Positions 40,493-50,617 of a stretch of DNA of 64,000 nt are shown in pieces (positions within the stretch are counted from its first letter, which is position 1; each line of letters opens with the position of its first letter). This stretch comes from Geopsychrobacteraceae bacterium (GTDB lineage Bacteria > Desulfobacterota > Desulfuromonadia > Desulfuromonadales > Geopsychrobacteraceae). Both the position numbers and the translations under genes were made by a program. Below the pieces are notes generated by a model that was not told the origin of the DNA, ran no database searches, and saw nothing but the letters and a program-made list of their open reading frames with translations. The DNA is taken from positions 3,488,001 to 3,552,000 of the forward strand of contig OY759353.1 of NCBI GenBank assembly GCA_963662315.1, in the 5' to 3' direction.

Positions 40493-43042
40493 ATGGTCAA
40501 CCTGACAATAGATGGTAAGGCGATTAGCGTTCCCAAGGGCACGACAATACTGGAAGCCGCCCGAAAACTGGATATTCATATTCCAACGCTGTGCTGGCTG
40601 GAAAAGGTATCGACCACCGGTGCCTGCCGTATTTGTGCGGTTGAAATTGAAGGCGTTGAGCGTCCTATGACGGCCTGTAACACTCCGGTTAAAGAGGGGA
40701 TCAACGTCACCACTCAGTCCGAGCGTTTGACGCGAACCCGCAAGCAGATCATGGAACTGATCCTGGTCAATCATCCCCTTGACTGTCCGGTCTGTGATGC
40801 TGGTGGCGAATGCGAACTGCAGAACGCCTGTTATGATCTTGACGTCACCCGCCAGGAGTTTAGCGCTGAAGATGTCAATCCCGCGACCATTGACCACTGG
40901 CCATTGATCCAGCAGGTACCTTCCCGCTGCATCCTGTGTGAAAAGTGTGTCAAGGTCTGCCACGAGATTGTTGGTGCTGACGCTCTCTTTGTTAATGCCA
41001 AGGGAGACCGGGCTTATATTGATAAAAAGCTGGACAATTGCACCTTTTGTGGCAATTGTGTCTCTGTCTGTCCGACCGGTACCATGATTTCCAAGCCGTT
41101 CAAATTTAAAGCACGCCCCTGGCAACTTAAAAAAACTCCTTCGGTTTGCCATTACTGTGGCAGTCAGTGTCAGATTGATATTCATACCCTCGACAATAAA
41201 GTTTGTCGTATTACCTCTGATGATAACGGGACTGTGAACAACGGTAACCTGTGTATTGGCGGTTTTTTCAGTTATGGTTTTGTCAATAGCTCGCAGCGCC
41301 TCAAAGAGCCGATGGTGGAAGGGAAAACGGTGAGCTGGGATACGGCTCTCGCAAGTACGGTCAGTGAAATCAAGCGGATTGTTGCAGAAAGTGGAGCGGG
41401 TGCTGTTGCGGGGCTGGCTTCTCCACGTCTGACCAACGAAGAAAATTATCTTTTCCAGAAAATGTTCCGGGCTGCCATTGGCAGCAATAATATTGACAGT
41501 GAAGCACGTTTTGGTGCCATGCGCGCTTTGCGTGCGTTGGATAAAGGCTTGGGGCTGCGCGGTGCCAGCAATAAGCTGAGCGCAATTGCCAAAGCGGATG
41601 CCGTTTTGGTTATTGGTGCCGATCCAACCGCAGAAGCACCGGCAATTGAATGGCAGATTCGCAAGGCAACAAGTCACAATAATGCCAAGCTTATTGTTGC
41701 CAACATGCGCAAGATTCATCTTGATGATCTGGCCAATAGCAATCTTGTTTATAAACCTGGCAGCGAAATCTGGGTGGTCAAAGGACTTGTCGCTTTATTG
41801 CGGAAGGGTGGCTACATAGATCTTGACGCATTTGATGGGCAGATTTCAAATTTCGCGGAATTAAAAGCGGATATTGACGCAACTGATCTTGATAAGGTTG
41901 TGTCTCTCACCGGATTGAGCATTGACCAGCTGCGGGAAGCAGCAACTATTCTTGGTCGTGCGGAAAAGGTGGCCATTGTTTTTGGTGGTGATGTCATCCG
42001 CTCACCTTTTGGATTATCCAAGTCTGGCAGCATAGCAAATCTGGCCATTTTGACCGGTGCATTGACACGCGGTGGTGGTCTGTATCCACTTGATGAAAAA
42101 GGTAATATGCAGGGAATCCTTGATATGGGAGTCAACCCTGAATCGTTACCGGGTTATCAGGATTATGCCACCGCTGCTGATCGATTTGGTAAGGCCTGGG
42201 GGTGCTCTCTACCTGAGGGAGGACTTGACAGTGACGGAATTTTGCAGGAAATGGAAGCTGGCAAGATTCGCTGTCTCTATCTGGCCGCAGCAAACCCTCA
42301 AAGTTTTCCCAATAGCAACCGCTGGTTAAAAGCTCTGGAGAAGGTTCATGTTCTTATTGTTCAGGATATCTTCCCTTCGGCTGTAACGCGCCTGGCCAAG
42401 ATTGTTCTTCCGGCAACGACCTTTGCTGAGAAGACCGGCAGTTATACGTCCCTTGATCACCGTGTTGCCAGCCTCGGAAAGGCTCTGAATAATAATGCCG
42501 GCAGCCGAAGTGATTGGGATATTTTGAGTGCCCTGTATCAGCACTTGACCGATGCACAGCATCCTGTCTCCATGCAGGCTGTCAATGCCGAGATTGGGCA
42601 GTTGACAGATTTGTACAACGGAGCTCAAAGCTGTGGCGGTACGCAGCGTCCATATCGCCAGACAGCTCTCTATCAGGTTCCTGTTAAAGGACTGCAGTAC
42701 CAACTCATAACTGGTGACGATGAAGTAGAAGGTCTGCAATTCCTGACCGGAGCTTCGAATACTCACTTTGGCACGACCTCAACGTGGGCCAGTGCACCTA
42801 TGGAAGTTGAAGCAGAATGCCGGGTGCAGATTAATCCGGCCGATGCTGAAAAAGCCGGAATAGTCACTGATGACATGGTTAAACTGAGCAGCACCAATGG
42901 TACCGTTGTTGTTAAGGCGCTGGTTACCGATGCCGTTCAGCAAGGTCTGCTGTTTGCGCCATATAATTTCCCGGATTGTAATGTTCAGGGTGTGTTGTCT
43001 GACGGGAGTAACCGGGCGACCGTTGATATTGTCAAGGTATAA
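40493..43042 (+). CDS. sfrA: NADPH oxidoreductase SfrAB alpha subunit (NuoG/Fdh-like)
   Basis: IPTLC..GACRIC..TAC, NHPLDCPVCDAGGECELQ, two ferredoxin motifs, CHYCGSQC; follows sfrB. Confidence 0.9.
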   Translation: MVNLTIDGKAISVPKGTTILEAARKLDIHIPTLCWLEKVSTTGACRICAVEIEGVERPMTACNTPVKEGINVTTQSERLTRTRKQIMELILVNHPLDCPVCDAGGECELQNACYDLDVTRQEFSAEDVNPATIDHWPLIQQVPSRCILCEKCVKVCHEIVGADALFVNAKGDRAYIDKKLDNCTFCGNCVSVCPTGTMISKPFKFKARPWQLKKTPSVCHYCGSQCQIDIHTLDNKVCRITSDDNGTVNNGNLCIGGFFSYGFVNSSQRLKEPMVEGKTVSWDTALASTVSEIKRIVAESGAGAVAGLASPRLTNEENYLFQKMFRAAIGSNNIDSEARFGAMRALRALDKGLGLRGASNKLSAIAKADAVLVIGADPTAEAPAIEWQIRKATSHNNAKLIVANMRKIHLDDLANSNLVYKPGSEIWVVKGLVALLRKGGYIDLDAFDGQISNFAELKADIDATDLDKVVSLTGLSIDQLREAATILGRAEKVAIVFGGDVIRSPFGLSKSGSIANLAILTGALTRGGGLYPLDEKGNMQGILDMGVNPESLPGYQDYATAADRFGKAWGCSLPEGGLDSDGILQEMEAGKIRCLYLAAANPQSFPNSNRWLKALEKVHVLIVQDIFPSAVTRLAKIVLPATTFAEKTGSYTSLDHRVASLGKALNNNAGSRSDWDILSALYQHLTDAQHPVSMQAVNAEIGQLTDLYNGAQSCGGTQRPYRQTALYQVPVKGLQYQLITGDDEVEGLQFLTGASNTHFGTTSTWASAPMEVEAECRVQINPADAEKAGIVTDDMVKLSSTNGTVVVKALVTDAVQQGLLFAPYNFPDCNVQGVLSDGSNRATVDIVKV

Positions 43043-43069
43043 AGGGAAACGGTTGTTTGTGAAGATTTT

Positions 43070-43107
43070 TAAAGCTCCGGACTCATGCAGTTCGGAGCTT
43101 TTTATTT
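43070..43107. terminator. Bidirectional terminator between sfrA and mltG
   Basis: AAAGCTCCGGA/TTCGGAGCTTT stem with T-run. Confidence 0.8.
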
Positions 43108-43108
43108 A

Positions 43109-44113
43109 CTACTTTGACCGGCGGTGAAGCTGATAGCGGCGCACTGCTTCATTGTGCTGTTGCAACGTCTCTGAAAATTGATGGCTTCCGTCTCCACGGG
43201 CGACAAAATAGAGAAATTTGGTCCGTTCCGGATGGGCTGCTGCCCGTAATGCCGTTAAGCCGGGACTGGCTATGGGGCCGGGAGGTAAGCCACGATTGAG
43301 GTAGGTGTTGTAAGGACCGGGAGTTTTCAAGTGCTTACGGGTCAGGTTGCCGTCAAAATCAGCAATTCCGTAGATAACCGTCGGATCGGTCTGCAGTGGT
43401 ATCCGGCGTTTAAGGCGATTGTGAAAGACGGATGAAATCAGGGGCATCTCACTTTGCTGTCCGGTCTCTTTTTCGATAATCGAGGCCAGTGTTACCAGCT
43501 GATGTGTCGTTAAACCGAGTTTTTTTGCGGATTGAAGCAGGTCCCGATCCAGATTCTGCCACAACTGGTTAACCATCATGGTCAGCAGGTTTTTTTCATC
43601 AATGCCAGGAACAAAGGAGTATGTTTCCGGAAACAGGTAACCCTCCAGACTATCGGCATCAATGTTGAGATCTTTAAGAAGGGTGGAATCGTGTGCTAAG
43701 GCAGTTAATCTCTGTGGGTCACCAAGCCCTGCTTGAGCAATCCGGTCAATGATCTGCCTGAGGGTAAAACCTTCCGGGATCGTCAAGCTGACTTTTTCCA
43801 CGTCTCCAGCAACAAGCCGAGCCATAATCTGTTGTGGCAGCGCTGCATGTGAAAACTTATAGGTTCCGGCCTGGATCTGCCCCCCCTGCTGATCAAGGCG
43901 AGCGAGAATCCGCAGACTCAACTGATTTCTGATAACACGAGAATCCTCTAACTGAAGGGCGACCATGCGCAGGTTGCTACCATTTTTAATGGTCAGGATA
44001 ACCGTTGTTTCCGGAGTCACCGGAACCATAAAGTTCAGGTAAGCAACATAGCCTAAAATAGTGCAGCTGCTGAAGACCAGCGCGACAAAAACAATAAGAA
44101 GCCGACGCATCAT
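43109..44113 (-). CDS. mltG: Endolytic transglycosylase MltG
   Basis: TIPEG, LEGYLFPETY, ASIIEKET, LQTDPT, YNTY..GLPPGPI. Confidence 0.96.
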   Translation of the reverse strand: MMRRLLIVFVALVFSSCTILGYVAYLNFMVPVTPETTVILTIKNGSNLRMVALQLEDSRVIRNQLSLRILARLDQQGGQIQAGTYKFSHAALPQQIMARLVAGDVEKVSLTIPEGFTLRQIIDRIAQAGLGDPQRLTALAHDSTLLKDLNIDADSLEGYLFPETYSFVPGIDEKNLLTMMVNQLWQNLDRDLLQSAKKLGLTTHQLVTLASIIEKETGQQSEMPLISSVFHNRLKRRIPLQTDPTVIYGIADFDGNLTRKHLKTPGPYNTYLNRGLPPGPIASPGLTALRAAAHPERTKFLYFVARGDGSHQFSETLQQHNEAVRRYQLHRRSK

Positions 44114-44700
44114 TACAGGTTGAATTTGTTTTCAGTACCGGCCCGCAAGCGTTCGATATTGCTGCTGTGCCTCCAGATAACCAAGAGCGCGATAAGGAGC
44201 GTGGCGCCAAACAATGACAGAGATTGAGAAATGGCGAGAACCAGAAAGGGAATGATTGCCGCTGCAGAAATAGATGCAAGAGAGATATAGCGCCACTTCC
44301 AAAGCACCGTAATAAAGACCAATAAGGCGCCCAGTATTGACAAGGGTGACAGCACAAGAAAAATGCCAAGTGCTGTTGCTACACCTTTGCCGCCTTTAAA
44401 GCCAAGATAAACCGGAAAACAGTGGCCGATAAATGCGGCAATGGCGATCAGGGCAAGGCTGGGCCCGCTGATATGAAACAGTTGCTGAGCAATAACCAGC
44501 GGAATGACCCCTTTAAGACAGTCCCCGAGCAGCGTGATCAGGCCAAGTTTGCGGCCTGCGACACGGTAGACATTGGTGGCTCCGATATTCCCGCTGCCGA
44601 CTTTGCGGATATCCTCTCCTCCAAACAAGCGGGTTAGGAGCAGTCCGGTAGGAATTGCCCCGATAAGGTAAGAGGCACAGATCAGGATATAAAGAGTCAT
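44113..44700 (-). CDS. plsY: Glycerol-3-phosphate acyltransferase PlsY
   Basis: GSGNIGATN, FKGGKGVAT, H..NI.RL..G.E. Confidence 0.97.
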   Translation of the reverse strand: MTLYILICASYLIGAIPTGLLLTRLFGGEDIRKVGSGNIGATNVYRVAGRKLGLITLLGDCLKGVIPLVIAQQLFHISGPSLALIAIAAFIGHCFPVYLGFKGGKGVATALGIFLVLSPLSILGALLVFITVLWKWRYISLASISAAAIIPFLVLAISQSLSLFGATLLIALLVIWRHSSNIERLRAGTENKFNL

Positions 44701-44729
44701 GCTTGGCTCCAGAGGGTAAATGATTAGAA

Positions 44730-45131
44730 TTACTGTTGAGATTGCTCAGAATTGGCGGATTTTGCTGCCATTGCCTTACGATATTCGTTAATCGCGCCCC
44801 TTATGGCCCCTGCAGCCATATTGGAACAGTGCATTTTCTCCGGAGGGAGACCGCCCAGAGCATCAGCAATGGATTGTTCGGTGATCAGGACAGCTGAATC
44901 GAGGTGCTGTCCCATGGTCATTTCCGTTGCAATTGATGAGGTGGCAATGGCTGCGCCACAACCATAAACCTTGAATTTGATATCAACAATATGATCGTTC
45001 AAAATCTTTAAGGTGAGCAACAGGGCATCGCCACAGCTCGGCTCACCGACCTGAACCAGTACTGTGGGATCATCAATAATGCCGATATTGCGTGGATTCT
45101 GAAAGTGTTCAAGGACTTTATCGGTATACAA
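44730..45131 (-). CDS. IscU/NifU-N Fe-S scaffold protein
   Basis: YTDKVLEHF.NPRN, CGD, GCGAAIA, KMHCS; TTG start. Confidence 0.9.
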   Translation of the reverse strand: MYTDKVLEHFQNPRNIGIIDDPTVLVQVGEPSCGDALLLTLKILNDHIVDIKFKVYGCGAAIATSSIATEMTMGQHLDSAVLITEQSIADALGGLPPEKMHCSNMAAGAIRGAINEYRKAMAAKSANSEQSQQ

Positions 45132-45257
45132 ATCAAACCTTCTTTGCGCATTAAAGCAGAAATGGATATTTGATTAACAACGCAGTTTAACGTTTACCGT
45201 ATGGTGAGGGCAAATAGAAATTTTTACTTATGCTGGAATGGTGAAATTGGATGGAAC

Positions 45258-45290
45258 GGGGGGGCAGACATCTGTGGAGTCTGCTCCCCT
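45258..45290 (-). terminator. Hairpin downstream of the small ORF
   Basis: GGGGGGCAGAC/GTCTGCTCCCC inverted repeat. Confidence 0.55.
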
Positions 45291-45304
45291 CACAGTGACT
45301 TTGT

Positions 45305-45469
45305 TTAATTTTGTGCTCCCCAGCGTGAAATCAGATGAAAGCGGTCCTGGTTGCTTAAGCCACGAGCGTTGATAATACGTGATTCATCTTCCCAGGTGGT
45401 TGCCCTGGTATCACCAAATAAAATGATGGGGGCAATAATAAGAAATATTATAAAAAACATGATGGCCAT
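45305..45469 (-). CDS. 54-aa small membrane or secreted protein, absent from the ORF track
   Basis: AGGAGG RBS then ATG; MAIMFFIIFLIIAPIILFGDTRATTWEDESRIINARGLSNQDRFHLISRWGAQN; hairpin follows. Confidence 0.7.
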   Translation of the reverse strand: MAIMFFIIFLIIAPIILFGDTRATTWEDESRIINARGLSNQDRFHLISRWGAQN

Positions 45470-45576
45470 ATGCGCCTCCTTCAATTGCTATCCATAGCTA
45501 ACTACTGTTTGAAGTTTAGAGAGGGATTGTGTATAAGTAAAATTATTCTTAATTACGTATAGGATAGGTTTTGCTT

Positions 45577-46533
45577 ATGCTTCCTGATCTTAACCGCCTT
45601 AAGGTTTTTTTCTACATTTTTCGCAGTGGCAGTGTTGTTACTGCAGCACGTGATCTGAATCTGACTCAACCGGCTGTCAGTCAGCAACTTCAGAAGCTTG
45701 AGGCAGAATTGCGTGTTCCCCTGTTTACGCGGTTGCACAAAAAGCTGGTACCAACAGCGGCGGGGATTAAGTTGTTTCAGCTAGCCGAACCGTTTATGCA
45801 GCGCCTGGAGCAGGAAATCCCTTACCTCAGGCATCCCCTTGAGCGCCCGAGTGGACTGCTGCGGATAGGTGCTCCTCGTGAGTTTGGTAAAGAATATCTG
45901 CCGCGCTTTTGCCATCAGTTTCGCCAGCTCTACCCTGATGTCCAGTTTCGTCTTAAATTCAAAGAATCGATTCCTCTGTTAACCATGATTCGGGAAGGTG
46001 ATCTCGATTTTGCCCTCGTTGATGTTTACTTCAATAAGGGTGAACTTCCGGGCTTTCCTGATATTTTCAGTATGGATCCCCTGTTGAAGGAGGTCATGAT
46101 ATTGACCTGCTCAAAAGAGTATGCGCAGCAGTATGTCCAGGGAGATCATAGTTATGCCGCCCTGCTGCAGCGCGAATTTATTACCGATGAGGATGATCCT
46201 TCCATCCTTGATCACTGGTTTCGTCACCACTTCAACAAGATTCCGGAACATCTGAATATCGTCATGACTCTTGACAGCCACGAGGCGCTGATCTCGGGAT
46301 TGAAACTGGGGATGGGCCTTGGGGTGGCGACGGCCCATCTGATTTGGGAAGAGCTTTTAAGTGGTAAACTCGTGCGGATTCCGACTGCTACCGAGGAGAT
46401 GGTGAACATGATTTCTTTGGTGCAATTGCAGGATAAAGTCCCGACCCTGACAGAGAAAACCTTCCGTGATTTTATGTTGGACGCAATGCAGGATCGTAAA
46501 ATACTGGAGCGGTTTCAGGCGGCAAATTTATAA
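45577..46533 (+). CDS. LysR-family regulator
   Basis: AARDLNLTQPAVSQQLQKLE...LFTR HTH; substrate-binding domain. Confidence 0.95.
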   Translation: MLPDLNRLKVFFYIFRSGSVVTAARDLNLTQPAVSQQLQKLEAELRVPLFTRLHKKLVPTAAGIKLFQLAEPFMQRLEQEIPYLRHPLERPSGLLRIGAPREFGKEYLPRFCHQFRQLYPDVQFRLKFKESIPLLTMIREGDLDFALVDVYFNKGELPGFPDIFSMDPLLKEVMILTCSKEYAQQYVQGDHSYAALLQREFITDEDDPSILDHWFRHHFNKIPEHLNIVMTLDSHEALISGLKLGMGLGVATAHLIWEELLSGKLVRIPTATEEMVNMISLVQLQDKVPTLTEKTFRDFMLDAMQDRKILERFQAANL

Positions 46534-46590
46534 ATCAATTTCCATCTGCAACAGACACCATTTATCTCCGGAAATTCAGATACCGTTGGT

Positions 46591-47109
46591 TCATACATAA
46601 CCGGTGTTCTTGAGTGCGGCAGAAAAAGCAGAGTACACATGCGGGTCAAGACAGGCGAAGATAACTTCTTCAGGAGTCTGATGCTTATCCAGAAAAGAAC
46701 AGACTTCTGCAATGGCTATCTTGGCGGCCTGTTCAAGGGGAAAGCGATAAACGCCACAGCTGATGGCCGAAAAGGCAATGGTTTTAAGGTTATGCCGGGC
46801 TGCGATTCCGAGGGACTGGCGATAGCAGGATGCCAGTAATTCAGTTTCCTGGTGGTGACCATCTTGCCAGACAGGACCAACGGCATGGATGACGTATTGC
46901 GCGGGTAAGTGGTAGCCCGCTGTTAATTTAGCGGAACCCGTTGGGCAGCCTCCAAGTTGCAGGCATTCTTTAAGCAGTTCAGGACCGGCAGCGCGATGAA
47001 TCGCGCCATCGACTCCACCGCCGCCAGCAAGCGTTTGGTTTGCTGCATTAACAATTGCATCAACAGTTAATGTGGTAATGTCTGCGATAACAACCCTGAT
47101 TTGTGACAT
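46591..47109 (-). CDS. Macro-domain O-acetyl-ADP-ribose deacetylase (YmdB-like)
   Basis: DIT..VDAIVNAAN..L.GGGGVDGAIH, HAVGP, AISCGVY. Confidence 0.93.
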   Translation of the reverse strand: MSQIRVVIADITTLTVDAIVNAANQTLAGGGGVDGAIHRAAGPELLKECLQLGGCPTGSAKLTAGYHLPAQYVIHAVGPVWQDGHHQETELLASCYRQSLGIAARHNLKTIAFSAISCGVYRFPLEQAAKIAIAEVCSFLDKHQTPEEVIFACLDPHVYSAFSAALKNTGYV

Positions 47110-47173
47110 GTGATCCTCCGTAATGTATCTAAACCATAGCAGAGGATGAATCCTATGACCAATCTTCGAAGAG

Positions 47174-47206
47174 AAAAAGCAGCCCGCTGAAGGACAGCGG
47201 GCTGCT
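47174..47206 (-). terminator. Intrinsic terminator
   Basis: AGCAGCCCGCTG/CAGCGGGCTGCT stem with T-run on the minus strand. Confidence 0.85.
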
Positions 47207-47225
47207 AAGATGAAATGATACGTGG

Positions 47226-48487
47226 TTACAGGTAACGCAGATTTTTGCTGGCATAGCCTCTGAGTTTGCGATTCTTTGCCTGGTCAGCAACGGTTTCCAG
47301 GGCGCTACGATATTTATTGTTACCTGATTTGCCCAGTGTTTTACACAACCAGGCCATGGCATCCATGTGGTCTCTGTCTCTGATATCTTCATTATACTTC
47401 TCAAGTAATACCTGAGCGGCAAGATCTGTCAGGTAAGCATTGTCGAGATGATGATAGTAGACAGATTTCGCCCCGTTGCGCAAATCGAGAGAGGAATCAG
47501 ACTGCAGCAATTTCGCACAGTTTTTTTGGTCGGCAGACAGATTTGAAGGAACCTTGATGGGTTGGTTCTTTGCAACCGGTGCAGGAGGAGGTGTTGTAGC
47601 CTGGGCGCCAGAAACTGCCGGAGCAGGTTCCGGTACTGCAACAGCAACTACAGCGGGCTGGTCAGATTCCAGGGCGACCTGCATGGTTCTGACTTCCCCC
47701 TTAGCGAGGGTAATCCATTCGGTATGGGACTTATAACCTGAGGCTGAAACATCAATGTTGTAACGTCCCGGCTCAAGGACAATGCCCTGCTCAAAAGCGG
47801 GTTTGATGTTCATGATCCTGATCTTGGCATCCGCTGGTTGAGCCGCTACGAACAGCTTGGTTTGTAAGACGACCGGTTCGGCTTCAACCTGTTTGGTAAC
47901 GTTGGTGTCCGCAGTTGACACAGGCGCAGGAGGAGCCGTTGTGGCGGTTGCTGGTGCTGTCGCGGCTTCCGGGGGGCTCTCTGCTTCAGGCGCCGCCTTC
48001 GCTGCCTCAGAAGATCCCGCTGCTGTTAATACTCTTGAATCCTGAGCAAATCCGGGGTTGATCAGGTAGCAGGTTGACATGTAATTCATTGCTTCATTGG
48101 CGTCAGCTTGTTGGTAAAAACCGATATGACCGACTTCCATTCTCATCCAGACAAAGTAGGTTTTCCCCGCTTCAACATCAAGCTCACCAGGAGTTGTCCC
48201 ATAGATGCCAAACAATTTGGGGGTAAAGGTATAGTGGCCGGGATCAACGGCGATGGGAAAATAGCTCAAATCCGGAAAGGTGCTGACAATAACATCATCA
48301 TTCATTTTGACCCGGGCATTTGATCTGATGTCAAAGCAAATCTGACCCGGTAGACATAGATGATGGCCTTGCCGTCAACCGCGGGGACTGGCTTGGTAAA
48401 CTTGGGGCCTGGGAGGGAGCAGCCAGCCAGGAATGCAAGGCAAAGGAGCAGAGCTATTAGAATAATTGATCTGATACGATGTAACAT
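47226..48487 (-). pseudogene. Frameshifted lipoprotein: DUF2846-like, PEGA-like and helical C-terminal domains
   Basis: ORF 48302-48487 has the lipobox LAGC and AIIYVYR; ORF 47226-48305 continues with V.PG.Y..VEAGKTYFV; one extra G at 48311-48313 would join them. Confidence 0.75.
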
Positions 48488-48587
48488 CTTTCCGAGCCTC
48501 CTTTTTTTGAGTTTAATATTAGAGGTGGATAATGTTACGTTGCTTAAGCCCCTTCGTCAATATTATTATAAGCTATTGTTAATAAAA

Positions 48588-48863
48588 TTACTTATCACGA
48601 ATAATGAAACCCAAATTGCCAATCATGACCTTCTCGTTCTTATCGCCAAGCCACAGTCTTACTGAGCGCTCACCCACCATCTCAAAGCGCATCCGATTAT
48701 CTTCTATGGTCGCAACTTTGGTTCCTGCTTCGGTAAAGACCTCTACAACGCGATGGGTTCCGATGGTGTCTGCTTTCAAGTCGTAGGCTTTTTGCTGAGT
48801 GCTTTCGCAGCCGCTAAGCAATAACAGACCTGATAACAGAGGAAATATCATCCATTTATACAT
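48588..48863 (-). CDS. Small lipoprotein (91 aa)
   Basis: Start ATG 48863; lipobox LSGC. Confidence 0.7.
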   Translation of the reverse strand: MYKWMIFPLLSGLLLLSGCESTQQKAYDLKADTIGTHRVVEVFTEAGTKVATIEDNRMRFEMVGERSVRLWLGDKNEKVMIGNLGFIIRDK

Positions 48864-49040
48864 GAGACAACCTTTCGGAAAGAGAAATAAGAACCGCAAG
48901 GTAACACGTTGATAAGACATTGTCAGGTTGTCTTTTGGAGGAAGGTCGGAATACGAGCTACTCCCGAAGCCAGAACCTGACAACTGCAGTATAAGGTTTT
49001 GTTGATGATGGTTAAGTGAAGCACGAACCAAGGTATTTGG

Positions 49041-50288
49041 CTAATGTATGACGATACGGTTGCGCCCGGCGTCTTTTGCCTGATAAAGAAGTTCATCAGC
49101 ACAGGAGACCGTTTTATCCAGGGAGTCCTGAATAGTTCGGATGATGCCAATAGAGACTGTAAGTTCAACCTTTTGTTGCTTTTCAATGAGCCCAAGCTGG
49201 GATATTTTCTGACGCAGTTGCTCAAAGTGTGAAAGGAGTTTTTCCTGATCCATATTACTGGTGATAACGACAAATTCTTCTCCTCCGAGGCGGGCAACAA
49301 TATCTGAAGAGCGGAAGCTCTTTAAAAGACATTGTGCGACCTTTTGAAGAACAAAGTCGCCATAGGCGTGACCGAAAGAATCGTTGATCTGCTTAAAGTG
49401 ATCGATATCGATCATGGCAACGGATAATGAAAGGTTACCGCGCTTGGCATTGGCAAAAAGGGGGTCACCAACCTGGAAAAAGTAGCGCCGGTTATACAAC
49501 CCGGTTAAGGGATCTTTTATCGCGGCATCCCGCAACAATTCGAGCTGGATGATCATTTCAACATTTTGATGAACCCGCCAGACCAGCTCTTCTTCAAAGT
49601 AGGGCTTGTTGATAAAATCATTTGCTCCCCGTTTGAGAAACTGAGCCGAAAGCAGTGGATTGCCATGGGCAGACATGCCAATGATGGCGATTCTGTCCAT
49701 GGGAAAATGCTTGCGGATTTCAGCAGTCAATTGAAAGCCATCCATCTTTGGCATGTTGTAGTCAGTAATGATTAACCGGATATCCGGGTGTTTCCTTAAT
49801 AGCTTCAGAGCATTAAGACCATCATCTGCAGTGATAACCCTGAACTTCTGATTTTCCAGAATGGCTTTAGTACTGTCGCGGACCAACTGGGAATCTTCGA
49901 CAATCAGAATCTCAATATCCCGGTTACGTAGAAACCGGCTGATTGTGCTGGACAGCAGATCAAGGGTGTGAGGCCCTTTCATAATATAGTCAAGAACATG
50001 TTTCTCCAGGATTTTGTCGCGAATCAGTGAATCCATTCTGCCACTGACAACAACGACTGGAATCCCATAGCTTTTGACCAGGTCCACAATTTCCCCATCT
50101 GGTGAGCCAGGTAAGGTTAAATCCAGAATAGCGAGCAGGTAGCGATGTTGGTTTTCCTGGGCAAAAAGATCAACAGTCTCCTGATAGCTGGCGCAGGTAT
50201 CGCAACTAAGGCCAAACTCTTTCGTCACACGTGTTTTTAATAAGCTGACAAACATTTTGCTGTCTTCAACTATCAGGATTCTAGACAT
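49041..50288 (-). CDS. PleD-like REC-REC-GGDEF diguanylate cyclase
   Basis: Two receiver domains (LDLTLP, TDYNMP), RSSD I-site, GGEEF. Confidence 0.93.
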   Translation of the reverse strand: MSRILIVEDSKMFVSLLKTRVTKEFGLSCDTCASYQETVDLFAQENQHRYLLAILDLTLPGSPDGEIVDLVKSYGIPVVVVSGRMDSLIRDKILEKHVLDYIMKGPHTLDLLSSTISRFLRNRDIEILIVEDSQLVRDSTKAILENQKFRVITADDGLNALKLLRKHPDIRLIITDYNMPKMDGFQLTAEIRKHFPMDRIAIIGMSAHGNPLLSAQFLKRGANDFINKPYFEEELVWRVHQNVEMIIQLELLRDAAIKDPLTGLYNRRYFFQVGDPLFANAKRGNLSLSVAMIDIDHFKQINDSFGHAYGDFVLQKVAQCLLKSFRSSDIVARLGGEEFVVITSNMDQEKLLSHFEQLRQKISQLGLIEKQQKVELTVSIGIIRTIQDSLDKTVSCADELLYQAKDAGRNRIVIH

Positions 50289-50560
50289 GGTTTTTCCTAC
50301 CAAAGAGAAGTGGATTGTTTGAGCTTGATAATAAAGTAAAATTAATAATTGAGCAATATAATTTAAGCCCTCCCTAATTATGGATAATGGATATTCAGGC
50401 GGGCATATTTGAAGACCTCTTCAAAAAAAAGTCAAAAACAATGATATCGTTAGCAATTCAGACTGGTTAGGCGATATTTCCAGATTTAATGAAATTTTTA
50501 AGCTGCTGAAGTAAATAAAAATAACACTAAATCAGTAGCTTGGGGGATGATTTGTTTGCG

Positions 50561-50577
50561 TTGGCATAGTGGATGCG
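50561..50577 (+). promoter_or_regulatory. sigma54 (-24/-12) promoter
   Basis: TTGGCATAGTGGATGCG with GG-N10-GC spacing; IHF-like AATCAGTAGCTTG about 30 bp upstream. Confidence 0.65.
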
Positions 50578-50617
50578 GTATCGTTATTGACAACTGTCAT
50601 AACGGTAGGAGACAACT

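Noticed and set aside
40448..41719. 423-aa minus-strand ORF
   Set aside because: Antisense shadow of sfrA
40493..43042. Formate dehydrogenase or NuoG call
   Set aside because: No evident Cys/Sec-His active-site motif, and pairing with the GltD-like subunit fits SfrA
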